Shown in pieces: positions 9,624 through 20,124 of a stretch of DNA of 64,000 nucleotides. Within the stretch, counting starts at the first letter, position 1, and each line of letters begins with the position of its first letter. Both the position numbers and the translations under genes were made by a program. The stretch lies in NCBI GenBank assembly GCA_965261595.1, contig CBDHDG010000005.1, positions 576,001 through 640,000 of the forward strand, written 5' to 3'. This DNA comes from a bacterium. GTDB lineage: Bacteria; UBA8248; JACPRG01; G963555815. A model generated the notes under the pieces. The model was not told the DNA's origin and did no database searches. It was given only the letters and a program-made list of their open reading frames with translations.

Positions 9624-10464
9624 GATCGGTCTCCCTTTTCTTTTCTTCTCCCATGGAGAACACGGCGATCTTCCAGCGGCGGGCTTCTTCCAGAAAGGCC
9701 TGTCCGGCGACGATCATTGTGCGTTCGGCCTCGATGCCCAGGGCGGTTCCGCCGCCTTCGCCCAGGGCGCGCAGCGTCTCTTCGCCCACGACCGGCACGT
9801 CGAACCGCGGGTCCTGCCGAGGCTTCGCCACCTTGACGGCGACGGCTCCCCGGCGCGCGATGGCGCACCCCCTGCGGATGGTTTCATCCGTGCCTTCGAT
9901 GGCTTCGACCGCGAGGACCGCCCGATTGCGGACGACCACCGTCTGGCCCAGGTCCAGCGCCGCCACGCCCTTGGCCATGCCGAACCCGAACTCGAGGTCC
10001 TCGCGCTCCCGCTTCGTCGGCGGCCGGCGCGAGAGGACGCCCGGCCGGGCGAAGAGGTCGTCCAGGAATTCCTTCTGGGGAAGTACGTGAAAGCCCTCCG
10101 ATTCCATTTCTTCGATGACGGCCAACATGATGGAGTCGTCGCGCCGGTCCTTCAGGCGGCGGAGCACCCGAACGGCCCGCAGGTCGAGCCGGGGGTTTCG
10201 GAACAACCACCGTTTTTCCACCTTCCCGGCGAAGACCACTTCGCGCACCCCTTCCCGGTGCAGGAACCGGAAGATCTTGTTGGGCTGGCCGGGGCCGCAC
10301 CGAAGCAGGGAGGCCGAGAGGGGTGTGAGGGCTTTTTCGACGGGGGAGGAAAAGGTGACGGTGACAGGTTCCAGCCCCCGGGCGCCGGCGTTGCGGGCCA
10401 CGAGCTCGGGCAACTCTCCCTCGCCGGCCATAATACCCAGGCGCTTCCATTCCGGCGGGCTCAC
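9619..10464 (-). CDS. lpxI: UDP-2,3-diacylglucosamine pyrophosphatase LpxI
   Basis: LGIMAGEGELP, LDLGQTVVV, AVEAIEGTD and KPRQDPRFDVPVVG. Start position approximate. Confidence 0.92.
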   Translation of the reverse strand: MSPPEWKRLGIMAGEGELPELVARNAGARGLEPVTVTFSSPVEKALTPLSASLLRCGPGQPNKIFRFLHREGVREVVFAGKVEKRWLFRNPRLDLRAVRVLRRLKDRRDDSIMLAVIEEMESEGFHVLPQKEFLDDLFARPGVLSRRPPTKREREDLEFGFGMAKGVAALDLGQTVVVRNRAVLAVEAIEGTDETIRRGCAIARRGAVAVKVAKPRQDPRFDVPVVGEETLRALGEGGGTALGIEAERTMIVAGQAFLEEARRWKIAVFSMGEEKKRETDH

Positions 10465-10480
10465 CGGCCGATCCGGTTCT

Positions 10481-11482
10481 TCATGACGGCCTCGGAGGGG
10501 AGGACTCGCCATGAATCTGAGAGAGGATCTCTACGGCGAGCCGCAGGGATCGCAGGTCCTTTTCGGCGTCTTTCAACCGGCTGGGGTCCGCGCCGTTGGC
10601 GGCGGTGCGCAGGAGGTGGCGGATTTCCAATTTCAGCGGGTTGTCTTTGTGAACGAAGATCCGCTCGATGAAGGCCTCCTGGCGGTATCGGAGTTGTTCC
10701 TGGGTGAGGGTGTGCTCGGACGCGGCGCGGCGATGGACCTGGATGTTCTGCTCCGCGTAGTCCAGGAAGATGTACGTCTTCCTTTGTGTGACGGCCAGGG
10801 TTCGCACTTTGTCTTGTGTCGCGCGGCTGGCGGTCAGGTGGGCGACGCAGTGGTTCTCGAAGGTGAGCGATACGCTGGCGATGTCTTCCCGGTCGGAGTG
10901 GACGCTTGTGCCGACGGCGTAGCAGGTCTTCACGGGGGAATTGACCAGGCTGAGGACGATGTCCAAATCGTGAATCATCAGGTCCAGGATCACTCCGTCT
11001 TCCTGCACCCTGGGTTGGAACGGTCCCATGCGCCGGCATTCGATGAGGAGGGGGTCGCGGACGAACTTGTGCAACTCCTGGACCGCTCCGTTGAACCGCT
11101 CGACATGACCGATTTGAAGGGTCCGGCCGTTTTCCCGGGCGATGCGGAACAGGTCCTCGGCCTCCTCGATGGAAGAGGCTACGGGTTTTTCAACGAGGAC
11201 GTCTGTTCCGGCCTCCAGGAAATCGCGGGCGACGGGGTAGTGCTGGGCGGTCGGGACCGCGATGCTGACGGCGTCCACCCGGCCGAGCATCTCCCGGTAA
11301 TCCCGCAGGGACTGTGTGTCATATTGCTCGGCGATGGCGCGGGACCGGACGTCGTCCACGTCCGCGACCGCCACGAGCTCGGTCTCGGGAAGCTCGTGGT
11401 AGACGCCCGCGTGGTACCGGCCCATGTGGCCCACACCGACGACGCCCACCCGGATCGTTTTGGAGGAAGGATTTTTTTTCAT
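10481..11482 (-). CDS. Gfo/Idh/MocA oxidoreductase, GnnA-like (UDP-GlcNAc 3-dehydrogenase)
   Basis: GVGHMG, VLVEKP, GHVERFN and DLMIHDLD; located between lpxA and lpxI/lpxB. Confidence 0.8.
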   Translation of the reverse strand: MKKNPSSKTIRVGVVGVGHMGRYHAGVYHELPETELVAVADVDDVRSRAIAEQYDTQSLRDYREMLGRVDAVSIAVPTAQHYPVARDFLEAGTDVLVEKPVASSIEEAEDLFRIARENGRTLQIGHVERFNGAVQELHKFVRDPLLIECRRMGPFQPRVQEDGVILDLMIHDLDIVLSLVNSPVKTCYAVGTSVHSDREDIASVSLTFENHCVAHLTASRATQDKVRTLAVTQRKTYIFLDYAEQNIQVHRRAASEHTLTQEQLRYRQEAFIERIFVHKDNPLKLEIRHLLRTAANGADPSRLKDAEKDLRSLRLAVEILSQIHGESSPPRPS

Positions 11483-11499
11483 GACGCCTCAGGCGCGGC

Positions 11500-12276
11500 T
11501 CAGCGGTAAAAACCTCGTTTGGACTTCTCGATGAAGTCCGCCAGGTGAACGGCTTCCGGGACGTCTCCGTGGTCTTCGCGGATCCGCCTCACGGCTTGCT
11601 CGGTGCTCGCCTCTTCCTTCAGAAGCAGCTTCAGGACGTTCTTCAGCGTCTTGCGGACTTGGGGAGGCGCCTTTTGCCGCCTGAGCCCCTCGACGTTGAG
11701 ACCCCGAACCCTCGGGGGATGGCCCTCCACAATGGTGTAGGGCAGAATATCCTTGCGGACAGGCGAGAGCGTGCCGATCAGGGACAGCCTGCCGATCCGC
11801 ACAAACTGGTGCACGGGCACCAGGGCGGAGATGAAGGCCCCCTCCTCCACGAGAAGATGACCCCCCAGGTTCGCCGCGTTCACCACAACGACCCGGTTTT
11901 CGAGAACACAGTCATGGCCCACGTGGGAGTAGGCCATGAGGTAGCAGTCGTCGCCGACGAGCGTCTCCCCGTCCGCCTCCTCGCTTCGGTGGACGGTGAC
12001 GTACTCCCTCACCACCGTGCGCTTGCCGATCCGGACCGAGGAACGGTGGCCCTGGTCTCCCAGGGACTGGGGCGCGCCCCCGATCACGGCGCCGGGGCCG
12101 ATGGTGCATCCTTCCCCCACGGTCGTCCAGTTTTCAATGACGGCGTGGGCGCTGACTTTCGTTCCGGCGCCGAGAATGACCTTCTCCCCCACGACGGCGT
12201 ACGGTCCAATCCCGGCATCGGGCGCGATCTCGGCGTCGGCGGAGACGATCGCGGTCGGGTGGACAGCTCCGCTCAA
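11500..12276 (-). CDS. lpxA: Acyl-ACP--UDP-N-acetylglucosamine acyltransferase
   Basis: VHPTAIV, hexapeptide repeats, REYVTVHR, SHVGHDC, VHQFVRIG and GLNVEGLRR; TTG start overlaps the fabZ stop. Confidence 0.95.
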   Translation of the reverse strand: MSGAVHPTAIVSADAEIAPDAGIGPYAVVGEKVILGAGTKVSAHAVIENWTTVGEGCTIGPGAVIGGAPQSLGDQGHRSSVRIGKRTVVREYVTVHRSEEADGETLVGDDCYLMAYSHVGHDCVLENRVVVVNAANLGGHLLVEEGAFISALVPVHQFVRIGRLSLIGTLSPVRKDILPYTIVEGHPPRVRGLNVEGLRRQKAPPQVRKTLKNVLKLLLKEEASTEQAVRRIREDHGDVPEAVHLADFIEKSKRGFYR

Positions 12277-12734
12277 GGGGCCCGGGTCCCCATGGTGGCC
12301 TGGGCCTCCCCTTCCGCCACACGTTTCCCGTCGACGGTCCCCGTGCCGCTGAACCACCAGATGGGGCACCGAGCCCGCAACAGCCGCGCCTCCATCAAGA
12401 GCTGATCGCCGGGAACAACGGGCTGGCGGAAGCGCACCTTCTCGAGGCGCGTGAAGATGGGGATGATTTCCGCCGCGTTGTCCAACGAATCCAGGACCAG
12501 GATGGCGGCCATCTGAACCATGGCCTCGACGAGCAGAACCCCGGGCATGATGGGTTGCCCGGGAAAGTGTCCGTCGAAGAAGGGCTCATTGCGGGTGATG
12601 TTTTTCAGGCCGACGATCCGCTCGCCCGGCTCGTGTTCCACAATCCGGTCGACGAAGAGGAAGGGGTAGCGATGAGGCAAAAGGGCGATCAATCTTTTCG
12701 AGGTCTCAGCGTCGATGACTTTCGCGGAGCTCAT
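12273..12734 (-). CDS. fabZ: 3-hydroxyacyl-ACP dehydratase
   Basis: LPHRYPFLFVD, FFDGHFPGQPIMPGVLLVEAM and FRQPVVPGD. Confidence 0.95.
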   Translation of the reverse strand: MSSAKVIDAETSKRLIALLPHRYPFLFVDRIVEHEPGERIVGLKNITRNEPFFDGHFPGQPIMPGVLLVEAMVQMAAILVLDSLDNAAEIIPIFTRLEKVRFRQPVVPGDQLLMEARLLRARCPIWWFSGTGTVDGKRVAEGEAQATMGTRAP

Positions 12735-13792
12735 GGGCTTTCCCTGCAGCGGCTCTTCTCGATGGCTGACAGCCGTTTCTGGTGGTCCGCAATGGTTTTC
12801 AGGGCCTCCGGGACCCGGCCGAGACTGACTTCCAGCCGGCCGTGCTCGTATGCCGGGCGGGGTATCCGCGCCGACGCCCAGAGGGTTCTGGGTTCCACGT
12901 CGCGGTTCACGAGGGTCATGGCCGTCAGAATCGCCCGGTCGCCTACGTGAACGTGGTCCCCGACGCCCGCCCGGGCCGCGAGGGTGGCGCCCTCGCCGAG
13001 GCTGGAGCTTCCCGCCATCCCGGATTGGCCGAGCAACAGACAATTTTCGCCGATCCGGACGTTGTGCGCCACCTGGACGAGGTTGTCGATTTTCGTCCCC
13101 CGTCCGATCCGGGTCTCCCCCAGGGTCGCCCGATCCACGGCGGCGTTGGCGCCGATCTCGACGTCGCTTTCGACGATGACCCGTCCAATGTGGGGGATCT
13201 TGCGATGCGTTCCATCCTCCCGCCGGACGTAACCGTAGCCGTCGCCGCCCAAGGTCGCCCCGCTGTGGATGACGACCCGGTCTCCGACTTCGACGTCCCG
13301 GTAGATGGACACGTTGGCGTGAATCACACTCTGCCGGCCGATGCGGCTTCCGCGCCCGACATAGACGTTCGGATAGAGAACCGTCTGATCCCCGATCCGG
13401 ACGTTATCGTCGAGGACCACGCCGGGCAGCAGGCAGACCCCCCGGCCCAACTCGACGTTCCGGCCGATGTGGGCTTTTTCGTGGATGCCCGGCGGAGGAA
13501 GCTCCCCGGGATGAAAATGCTCCAGAAGCTCCGCGAGGGCCAGGCGGGCGTCTCGCACCCGGACGGCGGGTTTGCCCACTTCCCAGGGGCCACCTACGAC
13601 GACGGCCGCCGCCGGAGAGGATTCCAGGTCCCGGAGCCGGCGCTTGTCGGCGAGAAAGACGATATCCTCCGCCCCCGCTTCGGCGGGCTCGGCAACGCCC
13701 CCGATGAGCAGGTCCGGGTCTCCTTCGAGGGCCCCGCCCAACCGGTCCGCGATCTCCGCCAGACGCAGAGGGGGTGGGGATGCGGGATTCAT
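12731..13792 (-). CDS. lpxD: UDP-3-O-acylglucosamine N-acyltransferase
   Basis: Hexapeptide repeats, GGDGYGY and TKIDNLVQVAHNV. Confidence 0.95.
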   Translation of the reverse strand: MNPASPPPLRLAEIADRLGGALEGDPDLLIGGVAEPAEAGAEDIVFLADKRRLRDLESSPAAAVVVGGPWEVGKPAVRVRDARLALAELLEHFHPGELPPPGIHEKAHIGRNVELGRGVCLLPGVVLDDNVRIGDQTVLYPNVYVGRGSRIGRQSVIHANVSIYRDVEVGDRVVIHSGATLGGDGYGYVRREDGTHRKIPHIGRVIVESDVEIGANAAVDRATLGETRIGRGTKIDNLVQVAHNVRIGENCLLLGQSGMAGSSSLGEGATLAARAGVGDHVHVGDRAILTAMTLVNRDVEPRTLWASARIPRPAYEHGRLEVSLGRVPEALKTIADHQKRLSAIEKSRCRESP

Positions 13793-14415
13793 CTCTTGGC
13801 TTGGTTGTACGTGCGGATCACTTTATCGGTGAGGTCGATCTTCCGGCTGTCAAAGAAAAGAATTCGGGACCGCTCGAGGATGATGGTGAACTTCTCTTTC
13901 TTCCCGATTCGGTTGACCACGTCCCGAATTTCTCGCTGAACCTTGGAGGTCGCCCGTCTTCTTTTCCGGTTGAAATCGGCTTCGACCTCTCTGCGGAATC
14001 GGACCAGCGAATCCCGATTCCGCGTGAATTCTCTCTGCTTCTGCCGGAATTCCTCCTCCTTCTGCTGCCGGACTTCTTCGCTGTACAGAAGGCTCTTCTG
14101 CCGGATGTCCTGCTGCAATTCTCTGAGGGCCTGCTCCTGGCGCGCGAGGCTCTGGGTTTTGACGATCATCTGATCCTGGAATTGTTTGGAGGTCCCCTGC
14201 AAGGCGACGAGGGCGGTCTTGCCCGGCTCCGATTCGCGCAGGACGCGCCCCATGTCCACGACGCCGAATTTACCCTGGGCGGAGGCCGCCCCGGCCCACG
14301 TCCAGAGCAAGACGCCCGCAAGGAACAGGAGCCCGGCCCACAGCCGGATGGCCCGCGGCCGGACCTTTGACGCCTGATGGTTCATGGTTTGCGCCGCTTC
14401 CTCTTTTGGACCCAT
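13789..14415 (-). CDS. skp: OmpH/Skp periplasmic chaperone
   Basis: Signal peptide, KFGVVDM, coiled coil and DLTDKVI C-terminus; between bamA and lpxD. Confidence 0.88.
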   Translation of the reverse strand: MGPKEEAAQTMNHQASKVRPRAIRLWAGLLFLAGVLLWTWAGAASAQGKFGVVDMGRVLRESEPGKTALVALQGTSKQFQDQMIVKTQSLARQEQALRELQQDIRQKSLLYSEEVRQQKEEEFRQKQREFTRNRDSLVRFRREVEADFNRKRRRATSKVQREIRDVVNRIGKKEKFTIILERSRILFFDSRKIDLTDKVIRTYNQAKR

Positions 14416-14472
14416 TCGCCGTTCCCTTCCCGGTCCGCTGTTCGAGATTGAACGGTCCGGATGAATTGTCTT

Positions 14473-16794
14473 TTAGAAGGTGCGTCCGATGGTGAAGTGG
14501 AACTCGCTTAAGGATTCCCCCTCCTGCCGGTCGAGTTTGACGCCCCAGTCCATGGCGATGAGACCCAGGGGGGAGAGGATTCGCAGGCCGCCTCCGGCGC
14601 TGGACCGAAGGTCCCTCAAGTTGAATACGTTGTCATTGCTCTTTCGGTAGACCTGCCCGGTGTCGTAGAAGATCACCGCCCGGAGCCCCGCAACGAAGGG
14701 GAACTGGAGCTCGACGTTGACCAGCACCGAGGCGTTCCCGCCGATGGCGTTGCCATTTCCGTCTTTGGGGCCCACCTCGCGAAAGTCGAAGCCGCGCACG
14801 GTCCGGGCGCCCCCCAGGAAAGCCCGTTCGAAGATGGGCAGGTCCTGTCCGCTGAACCCATCGGCCCAGCTCACCCGTCCCCGTCCCATGAGGATCACCC
14901 GTTTTTTGAAAAAGGGGTAGTAATGGCGGTGCTCGCCCGACACGGCGTAGAAGTCGTTGTCCCCGCCGAGGATGCCGCTGGCGACCCGGGAAGAAAATCG
15001 GCTCAACCCCCCTTTGGTCGGGCGAATGCGGTTGTCGCGGCGGTCTCGGCTGAGGGAGGGGGTGATGCTGCTGGTGGCCGATCGCCCCTCCTGCTCCTGG
15101 ATGAAGTTGGTGGCCTCGGAAGAGATGTTGAAGACGTCGTTCTCTTCGTACTGGTAGACCATGCGGGCAAAGATGTGCTCCGCCACCCAGCGCCCGGTGC
15201 CGATATTTCCACCGACGCGGTCCCGTTCGAAGTTGGAGAACTCGTCGTTTTGGAGAAAAACGCTCGTGCTCAAGTTGAAGTTCGAGTCCAGGATATGGGG
15301 CTCGATGAAGATCACCGTGCCGGTGGTGTCCAGGTCGGACCTGCGGAGGCGCAGAGACAGGGTCTGCCCCCGGCCGAACAGGTTCTGCTCGCGGACCTCG
15401 CCGAACAGCAGAAAGCCCGACTGGCTGCTGAATCCCGTCCCGCCGCTGATGGAGCCCGTCGGCTTCTCCTTGAGGCTGACCTCCACGTCCAGCAGATCCG
15501 GTCTGGCCCCCCGCTTGGTCTCAATCTTGACCTCTTCGAAAAATCCGAGGTTTCTCAGCCGCTTGCGCGTGAGCTTAAGCTTCTCCCCGTCAAAGAGCGA
15601 ACCCTCCAGCAGGGCCACTTCGCGCCGGATGACCTTGTCCCGGGTGAAATCGTTGCCCCTGATGATCACCCGCCCGATAAAGGCCCGACGGCCCTTTTGG
15701 GGGAGTATCCGCAACGTCACCAACTGCTTTTCGTCGAGGATCGTTGTTTCCGGGATGATGTCGGCGAAGGCGTGCCCTTTCTGGGCGTAGGCTTCCGTAA
15801 TCCCGACGATGTCTGAATTCAGCTTGGAGCGGTTGTACACATCGCCCTTTTTGAGGCTGATGCGCTTTCTCAAATCGTCCGCGCTGAAGACGTCATCCCC
15901 TTCCACGCTCACCTTCCCCACACGGTATTGTTTTCCTTCGAGGATGGAGATGACGAGGGTCAGGCTGTTTCCCTTTCGGTTTTCGCGAATGCTCGGCTCT
16001 TTGATCGAGACCCGGATGTAGCCGTGGTTCTGGTACCAAACCTGGAGGCGAACGAGATCGGTCCGGATTTGGTCCTCTTTATACACGTCCCCTCCGAACA
16101 GCCAGGACAGGATCCAGTGCTCCTGGGTTTCGATCACCTTCTTGAGCGCCCTCTCGGAGAAGGCCCGGTTGCCCTTGAAGTTGATTTTGCGGATGGTGAC
16201 TTTCTTGCCCTCGGTGATCCGGAACTCGACGTTGACCTGGTTGGCGCCGGTTTCCTCGACGATGGACTCGATTCGGGCGAAGTGGTAGCCCTCTTCCTGA
16301 TACAGGCCGCGGATGCTCTCCACGCTTTCCCGGACCGTCCCCCGATTGAGGATGGACTGCACCGTCACGGTCACCTTCTCCAGGATGTCATCGAGGTCGA
16401 CCTCCTTGTTTCCGACGATGCGCACACCGGCCACCGAGGGTTTTTCCTCCACGATGAAGACGATGCGCAACCCGCCTTCGAAGGGGGTCACGTCGATTTT
16501 GACGTCCCGGAAAAAGCCCAGGTCGTAAATCTTCTTGATGTCTTTGCGGAGTTTGGAGACGGAGAAACGGTCGCCGACACGGGTGGAGACGTAGAAGCGG
16601 ATCGTACCCTCTTCCACCCGGCGGTTGCCTTGGATCTCAATGTTTTTAATGGGCAGGCCGGGAGTCTGGGCCGGCGCGCTGGAGGACCACAGAAAAAAGA
16701 CCAGCGGTATCAACGCGAAGGCCAGCCACCCACCCCTCCCCTGTGAGGCTTTGGGTGAAAGGGGCGCGCATTTCTTCAACAACAATCGATCCAT
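14473..16794 (-). CDS. bamA: Outer membrane protein assembly factor BamA
   Basis: POTRA repeats (IEIQGNRRV, GNDFTRDKVIRRE), VRGF motif and C-terminal Phe. Confidence 0.95.
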   Translation of the reverse strand: MDRLLLKKCAPLSPKASQGRGGWLAFALIPLVFFLWSSSAPAQTPGLPIKNIEIQGNRRVEEGTIRFYVSTRVGDRFSVSKLRKDIKKIYDLGFFRDVKIDVTPFEGGLRIVFIVEEKPSVAGVRIVGNKEVDLDDILEKVTVTVQSILNRGTVRESVESIRGLYQEEGYHFARIESIVEETGANQVNVEFRITEGKKVTIRKINFKGNRAFSERALKKVIETQEHWILSWLFGGDVYKEDQIRTDLVRLQVWYQNHGYIRVSIKEPSIRENRKGNSLTLVISILEGKQYRVGKVSVEGDDVFSADDLRKRISLKKGDVYNRSKLNSDIVGITEAYAQKGHAFADIIPETTILDEKQLVTLRILPQKGRRAFIGRVIIRGNDFTRDKVIRREVALLEGSLFDGEKLKLTRKRLRNLGFFEEVKIETKRGARPDLLDVEVSLKEKPTGSISGGTGFSSQSGFLLFGEVREQNLFGRGQTLSLRLRRSDLDTTGTVIFIEPHILDSNFNLSTSVFLQNDEFSNFERDRVGGNIGTGRWVAEHIFARMVYQYEENDVFNISSEATNFIQEQEGRSATSSITPSLSRDRRDNRIRPTKGGLSRFSSRVASGILGGDNDFYAVSGEHRHYYPFFKKRVILMGRGRVSWADGFSGQDLPIFERAFLGGARTVRGFDFREVGPKDGNGNAIGGNASVLVNVELQFPFVAGLRAVIFYDTGQVYRKSNDNVFNLRDLRSSAGGGLRILSPLGLIAMDWGVKLDRQEGESLSEFHFTIGRTF

Positions 16795-16943
16795 GAAATC
16801 CTTCGTGCGGGCTCGCGCGGATGGGGAAGATTCACGTTGATCTCTTCCGACGCAAGGGGCGTTGCGCCGCCCCCGCCCGATATTCAGCCCGGAGAGATTG
16901 TTGATCGAGCCAGGCGTCCGGCGCAATGGACGGCACGCCGCCC

Positions 16944-19394
16944 TCAGGCGTCCTGCAAATCGCTGACGAGTGCTTTATCCTCGAAGACGAACGCGTCGTT
17001 TTCGAACCGGACCCGGATGCTCCCCGCTTCCGAGAAGCGTCCTTTCAAGACCTCTTCGGACAAGGGATCCTCAATCTGGCTTTGAATGATCCGTTTCAGC
17101 TCCCGGGCGCCGTATACCGGGTCGTAGCCCAGCTCGGCCAGTTTTTCCTTGGCCCCCGAATCCAACTCGACGGACAGACCGCGCTCGATGAGCTGTTTGT
17201 TCAACTGGTCCATCATCAGGTCGACGATTTCCAGAATGTGCTCACGGGAGAGCGAGTGGAAGATGACTTCCGCGTCCAGGCGGTTGAGGAACTCCGGGTT
17301 GAACGTGCGCCGCGTCTCGGTGCGCATCGCGCCCTTCAACCGCGCGGCCAGGGCGTCCGAGTTTCCCGCTTCGTCTTCTTTGTGGAAACCCATCGAGGCA
17401 GACCGCGTGATGTCCCGGCTGCTGAGGTTGGACGTCATCACGAGGACGACATTGCGGAAGTCCACCCGCCGGCCGTAGCTGTCGGTGAGCTGACCTTCGT
17501 CCATGACCTGGAGCATGATGTGGAAAATGTCGGGATGGGCCTTCTCGATCTCGTCCAGCAGGACGACCGAATACGGCCGGCGCCGGACGCGCTCGGTCAA
17601 CTGGCCCCCCTCCTCGTAGCCCACGTAACCGGGAGGCGCTCCGGTGAGGCGCGACACGTTGAACCGCTCCATGTACTCGGACATGTCCACACGGATGAGG
17701 GCCTGCTCGTCTCCGAACAGGAACTCGGCCAGGGCGCGGCAAAGCTCGGTCTTGCCCACGCCGGTCGGTCCGAGCAGCAGGAACGAGCCGATGGGCCGTT
17801 TGGGGGACTTGAGACCGGCGCGCGAGCGCCGGATGGCCTTGGTCATCACGGAGATGGCCTCGTCCTGGCCCACGATGCGCCGGTGCAGCTCCTCCTCCAT
17901 GTGCAGCAGGCGCTGACTTTCGCTCTCTTCGATCTTCGACAAGGGGATGCCCGTCATGCGGGAGACGATGAAGGAAACGTCCTCGTCGGTGACGATCGTT
18001 TCCTCGTCCGTCTGGGCATCTTCCCACTCCTGCTTGCGCTCGTTGAGGCGCTCGCGGAGCTCCTCTTCCTGATCGCGCAGCTTGACGGCCTCCTCGAAGT
18101 TCTGCTCTTCGATGTGAGCCCGCTTTTCCCGGACGATCTCTGCCACCTTGCGCTGAAGGTCGCGGACCTCCTGGGGGTAGGTGACCTTGGCCAGCCGGAC
18201 CCGGGAGCCCGCTTCGTCGAGGACATCGATGGCCTTGTCGGGCAGGTAGCGGTCGGAGATGTACCGGTCGGACAGCCGGACGGACTCCAGCACGGCCTTC
18301 TCGGTGAACTTGGCCCGGTGGTGAGATTCATATTTGTGCTTCAGGCCCCGGAGGATCAGGATGGCTTCCTCCACCGTGGGAGGGTTCACCATGATGGGCT
18401 GGAAGCGGCGCTCCAGGGCGCCGTTTTTCTCGATGTATTTTCGGTATTCATCCAGGGTGGTGGCGCCGATGCACTGAAGCTCGCCCCGGGACAGGGCGGG
18501 CTTGAGCATGTTCGAGGCGTCGATGGAGCCCTCGGCGGCGCCCGCGCCGACCAGGGTGTGGAGCTCGTCGATAAAGATGATGACGTTTTCGGACTGGGTG
18601 ATCTCTTTCATGATGGCCTTGAGGCGGGCCTCGAACTGGCCGCGGTATTTCGTCCCGGCCACCAGGGCGCCCAGGTCCAGGGAGACGACCCGCTTCCCGT
18701 AGAGAACCTGGGGCACTTCTTGGGCGATGATGCGCTGGGCCAATCCTTCGACGATGGCGGTCTTGCCCACCCCCGGCTCGCCGATGAGGACGGGGTTGTT
18801 CTTCGTGCGCCGGCTGAGGATCTGGATGACCCGGTCGATCTCGTTGTCCCGGCCGATGACGGGGTCGAGCTTGTCCTCGACGGCCAGGTCTGTCAGGTCC
18901 CGCCCGAACTCGTCCAGCGAAGGCGTCTTGCTCTTTTCCTTCGGGCGTCTCGCCGTGGGCTCCCGCAGGAGGTTGAGGGTCTGTTCGCGTGTCTGCTGAA
19001 GCTTGATGCCGAGGGTGGAGAGGATCTTGGCCGCCAAACCGTCCTTTTCCCGGATGAGCCCGAGCAGAAGGTGTTCGGTGCCGATGTAGTTGTGGCCCAT
19101 CAGCCGGGCCTCTTCCACGGCGTACTCGAGGACCTTCTTGGCCTTGGGCGTGAAGGGGATGTCGCCCTCGACCGAGCTGGTCAGGCTCTTGGGCAGGTTC
19201 CGCTCCACCTCCACGCGGATCTGCTTGATGTCCTTGTCGACCTTCTGGAGAACGGCGATGGCGATGCCGCCGCCGTCCTTCAGGATGCCGAGCAGGATGT
19301 GCTCCGTGCCCAGGTATTCGTGCTGATAGCGTTCCGCCTCTTCCCGGGCGAGGATGATCACTTTTCGAGCGCGCTCAGTAAATCGTTTAAACAT
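16944..19394 (-). CDS. clpC: ATP-dependent Clp protease ATP-binding subunit ClpC
   Basis: [11 protein letters not shown]lp-N repeats, two Walker A motifs ([16 protein letters not shown]) and a UVR coiled coil. Confidence 0.95.
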   Translation of the reverse strand: MFKRFTERARKVIILAREEAERYQHEYLGTEHILLGILKDGGGIAIAVLQKVDKDIKQIRVEVERNLPKSLTSSVEGDIPFTPKAKKVLEYAVEEARLMGHNYIGTEHLLLGLIREKDGLAAKILSTLGIKLQQTREQTLNLLREPTARRPKEKSKTPSLDEFGRDLTDLAVEDKLDPVIGRDNEIDRVIQILSRRTKNNPVLIGEPGVGKTAIVEGLAQRIIAQEVPQVLYGKRVVSLDLGALVAGTKYRGQFEARLKAIMKEITQSENVIIFIDELHTLVGAGAAEGSIDASNMLKPALSRGELQCIGATTLDEYRKYIEKNGALERRFQPIMVNPPTVEEAILILRGLKHKYESHHRAKFTEKAVLESVRLSDRYISDRYLPDKAIDVLDEAGSRVRLAKVTYPQEVRDLQRKVAEIVREKRAHIEEQNFEEAVKLRDQEEELRERLNERKQEWEDAQTDEETIVTDEDVSFIVSRMTGIPLSKIEESESQRLLHMEEELHRRIVGQDEAISVMTKAIRRSRAGLKSPKRPIGSFLLLGPTGVGKTELCRALAEFLFGDEQALIRVDMSEYMERFNVSRLTGAPPGYVGYEEGGQLTERVRRRPYSVVLLDEIEKAHPDIFHIMLQVMDEGQLTDSYGRRVDFRNVVLVMTSNLSSRDITRSASMGFHKEDEAGNSDALAARLKGAMRTETRRTFNPEFLNRLDAEVIFHSLSREHILEIVDLMMDQLNKQLIERGLSVELDSGAKEKLAELGYDPVYGARELKRIIQSQIEDPLSEEVLKGRFSEAGSIRVRFENDAFVFEDKALVSDLQDA

Positions 19395-19422
19395 TCCTGA
19401 ATCCTCGCTCTGGTCGCTCACG

Positions 19423-20124
19423 TCACTCCAAGATTCGCCCGTCCGCAATCCGCACCACCCGGTCCATGCGCTCGGCCAGGCGGGGATTGTGCGTGGCGAT
19501 TAAGAAACTGGCTTCCTGGTCTCGGTTCAGGTGTTCCAGCAGTTCGTGGATTTCCTCGCCGGTCCGCTCATCCAGGTTTCCCGTAGGTTCGTCGGCGAGG
19601 ATCAGGTCGGGTTTGTTCATCAACGCCCGCGCCACGGCGACGCGTTGTTGTTCGCCGCCAGAGAGTTCGCCGGGCTTGTGGTTCAGCCGGTTCGACAGGC
19701 CCACCTCCTTCAGGAGCGTCTCGGCGCTGTCACGGGCCTGGTCCATTCGGGTTCCGCCGATCAGGGCCGGCATCATCGTGTTCTCCAGGGCCGTGAACTC
19801 GCCGAGCAGGTGGTGAAATTGAAAGACGAAGCCGATGGATTCGTTCCGGAGCCTCGCCAGCGAAGCCTTGTCCAAAGAGAATACATCCCGCTCTCCGTAC
19901 AACACCCGGCCCTCGCTGGGCCGATCCAACGTGCCGAGGATCTGAAGGAGGGTGGTTTTCCCGACCCCCGAGGTCCCCATGATGGCAATCATCTCTCCCC
20001 GCCGAATTGTTAAATCGACGCCCTGAAGGACTGAAACCCTTTTCTCGCCGCTTTGAAAATCCTTCCGAAGCCCTTGGGCCTCGATGACGGCGGGTCCTTC
20101 ACGGCCCCCGGCTCCCTCATTCAT
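19423..20124 (-). CDS. lolD: Lipoprotein-releasing ABC ATPase
   Basis: GTSGVGKT, GFVFQFHHLL, LSGGEQQR and ADEPTGNLD. Confidence 0.92.
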   Translation of the reverse strand: MNEGAGGREGPAVIEAQGLRKDFQSGEKRVSVLQGVDLTIRRGEMIAIMGTSGVGKTTLLQILGTLDRPSEGRVLYGERDVFSLDKASLARLRNESIGFVFQFHHLLGEFTALENTMMPALIGGTRMDQARDSAETLLKEVGLSNRLNHKPGELSGGEQQRVAVARALMNKPDLILADEPTGNLDERTGEEIHELLEHLNRDQEASFLIATHNPRLAERMDRVVRIADGRILE

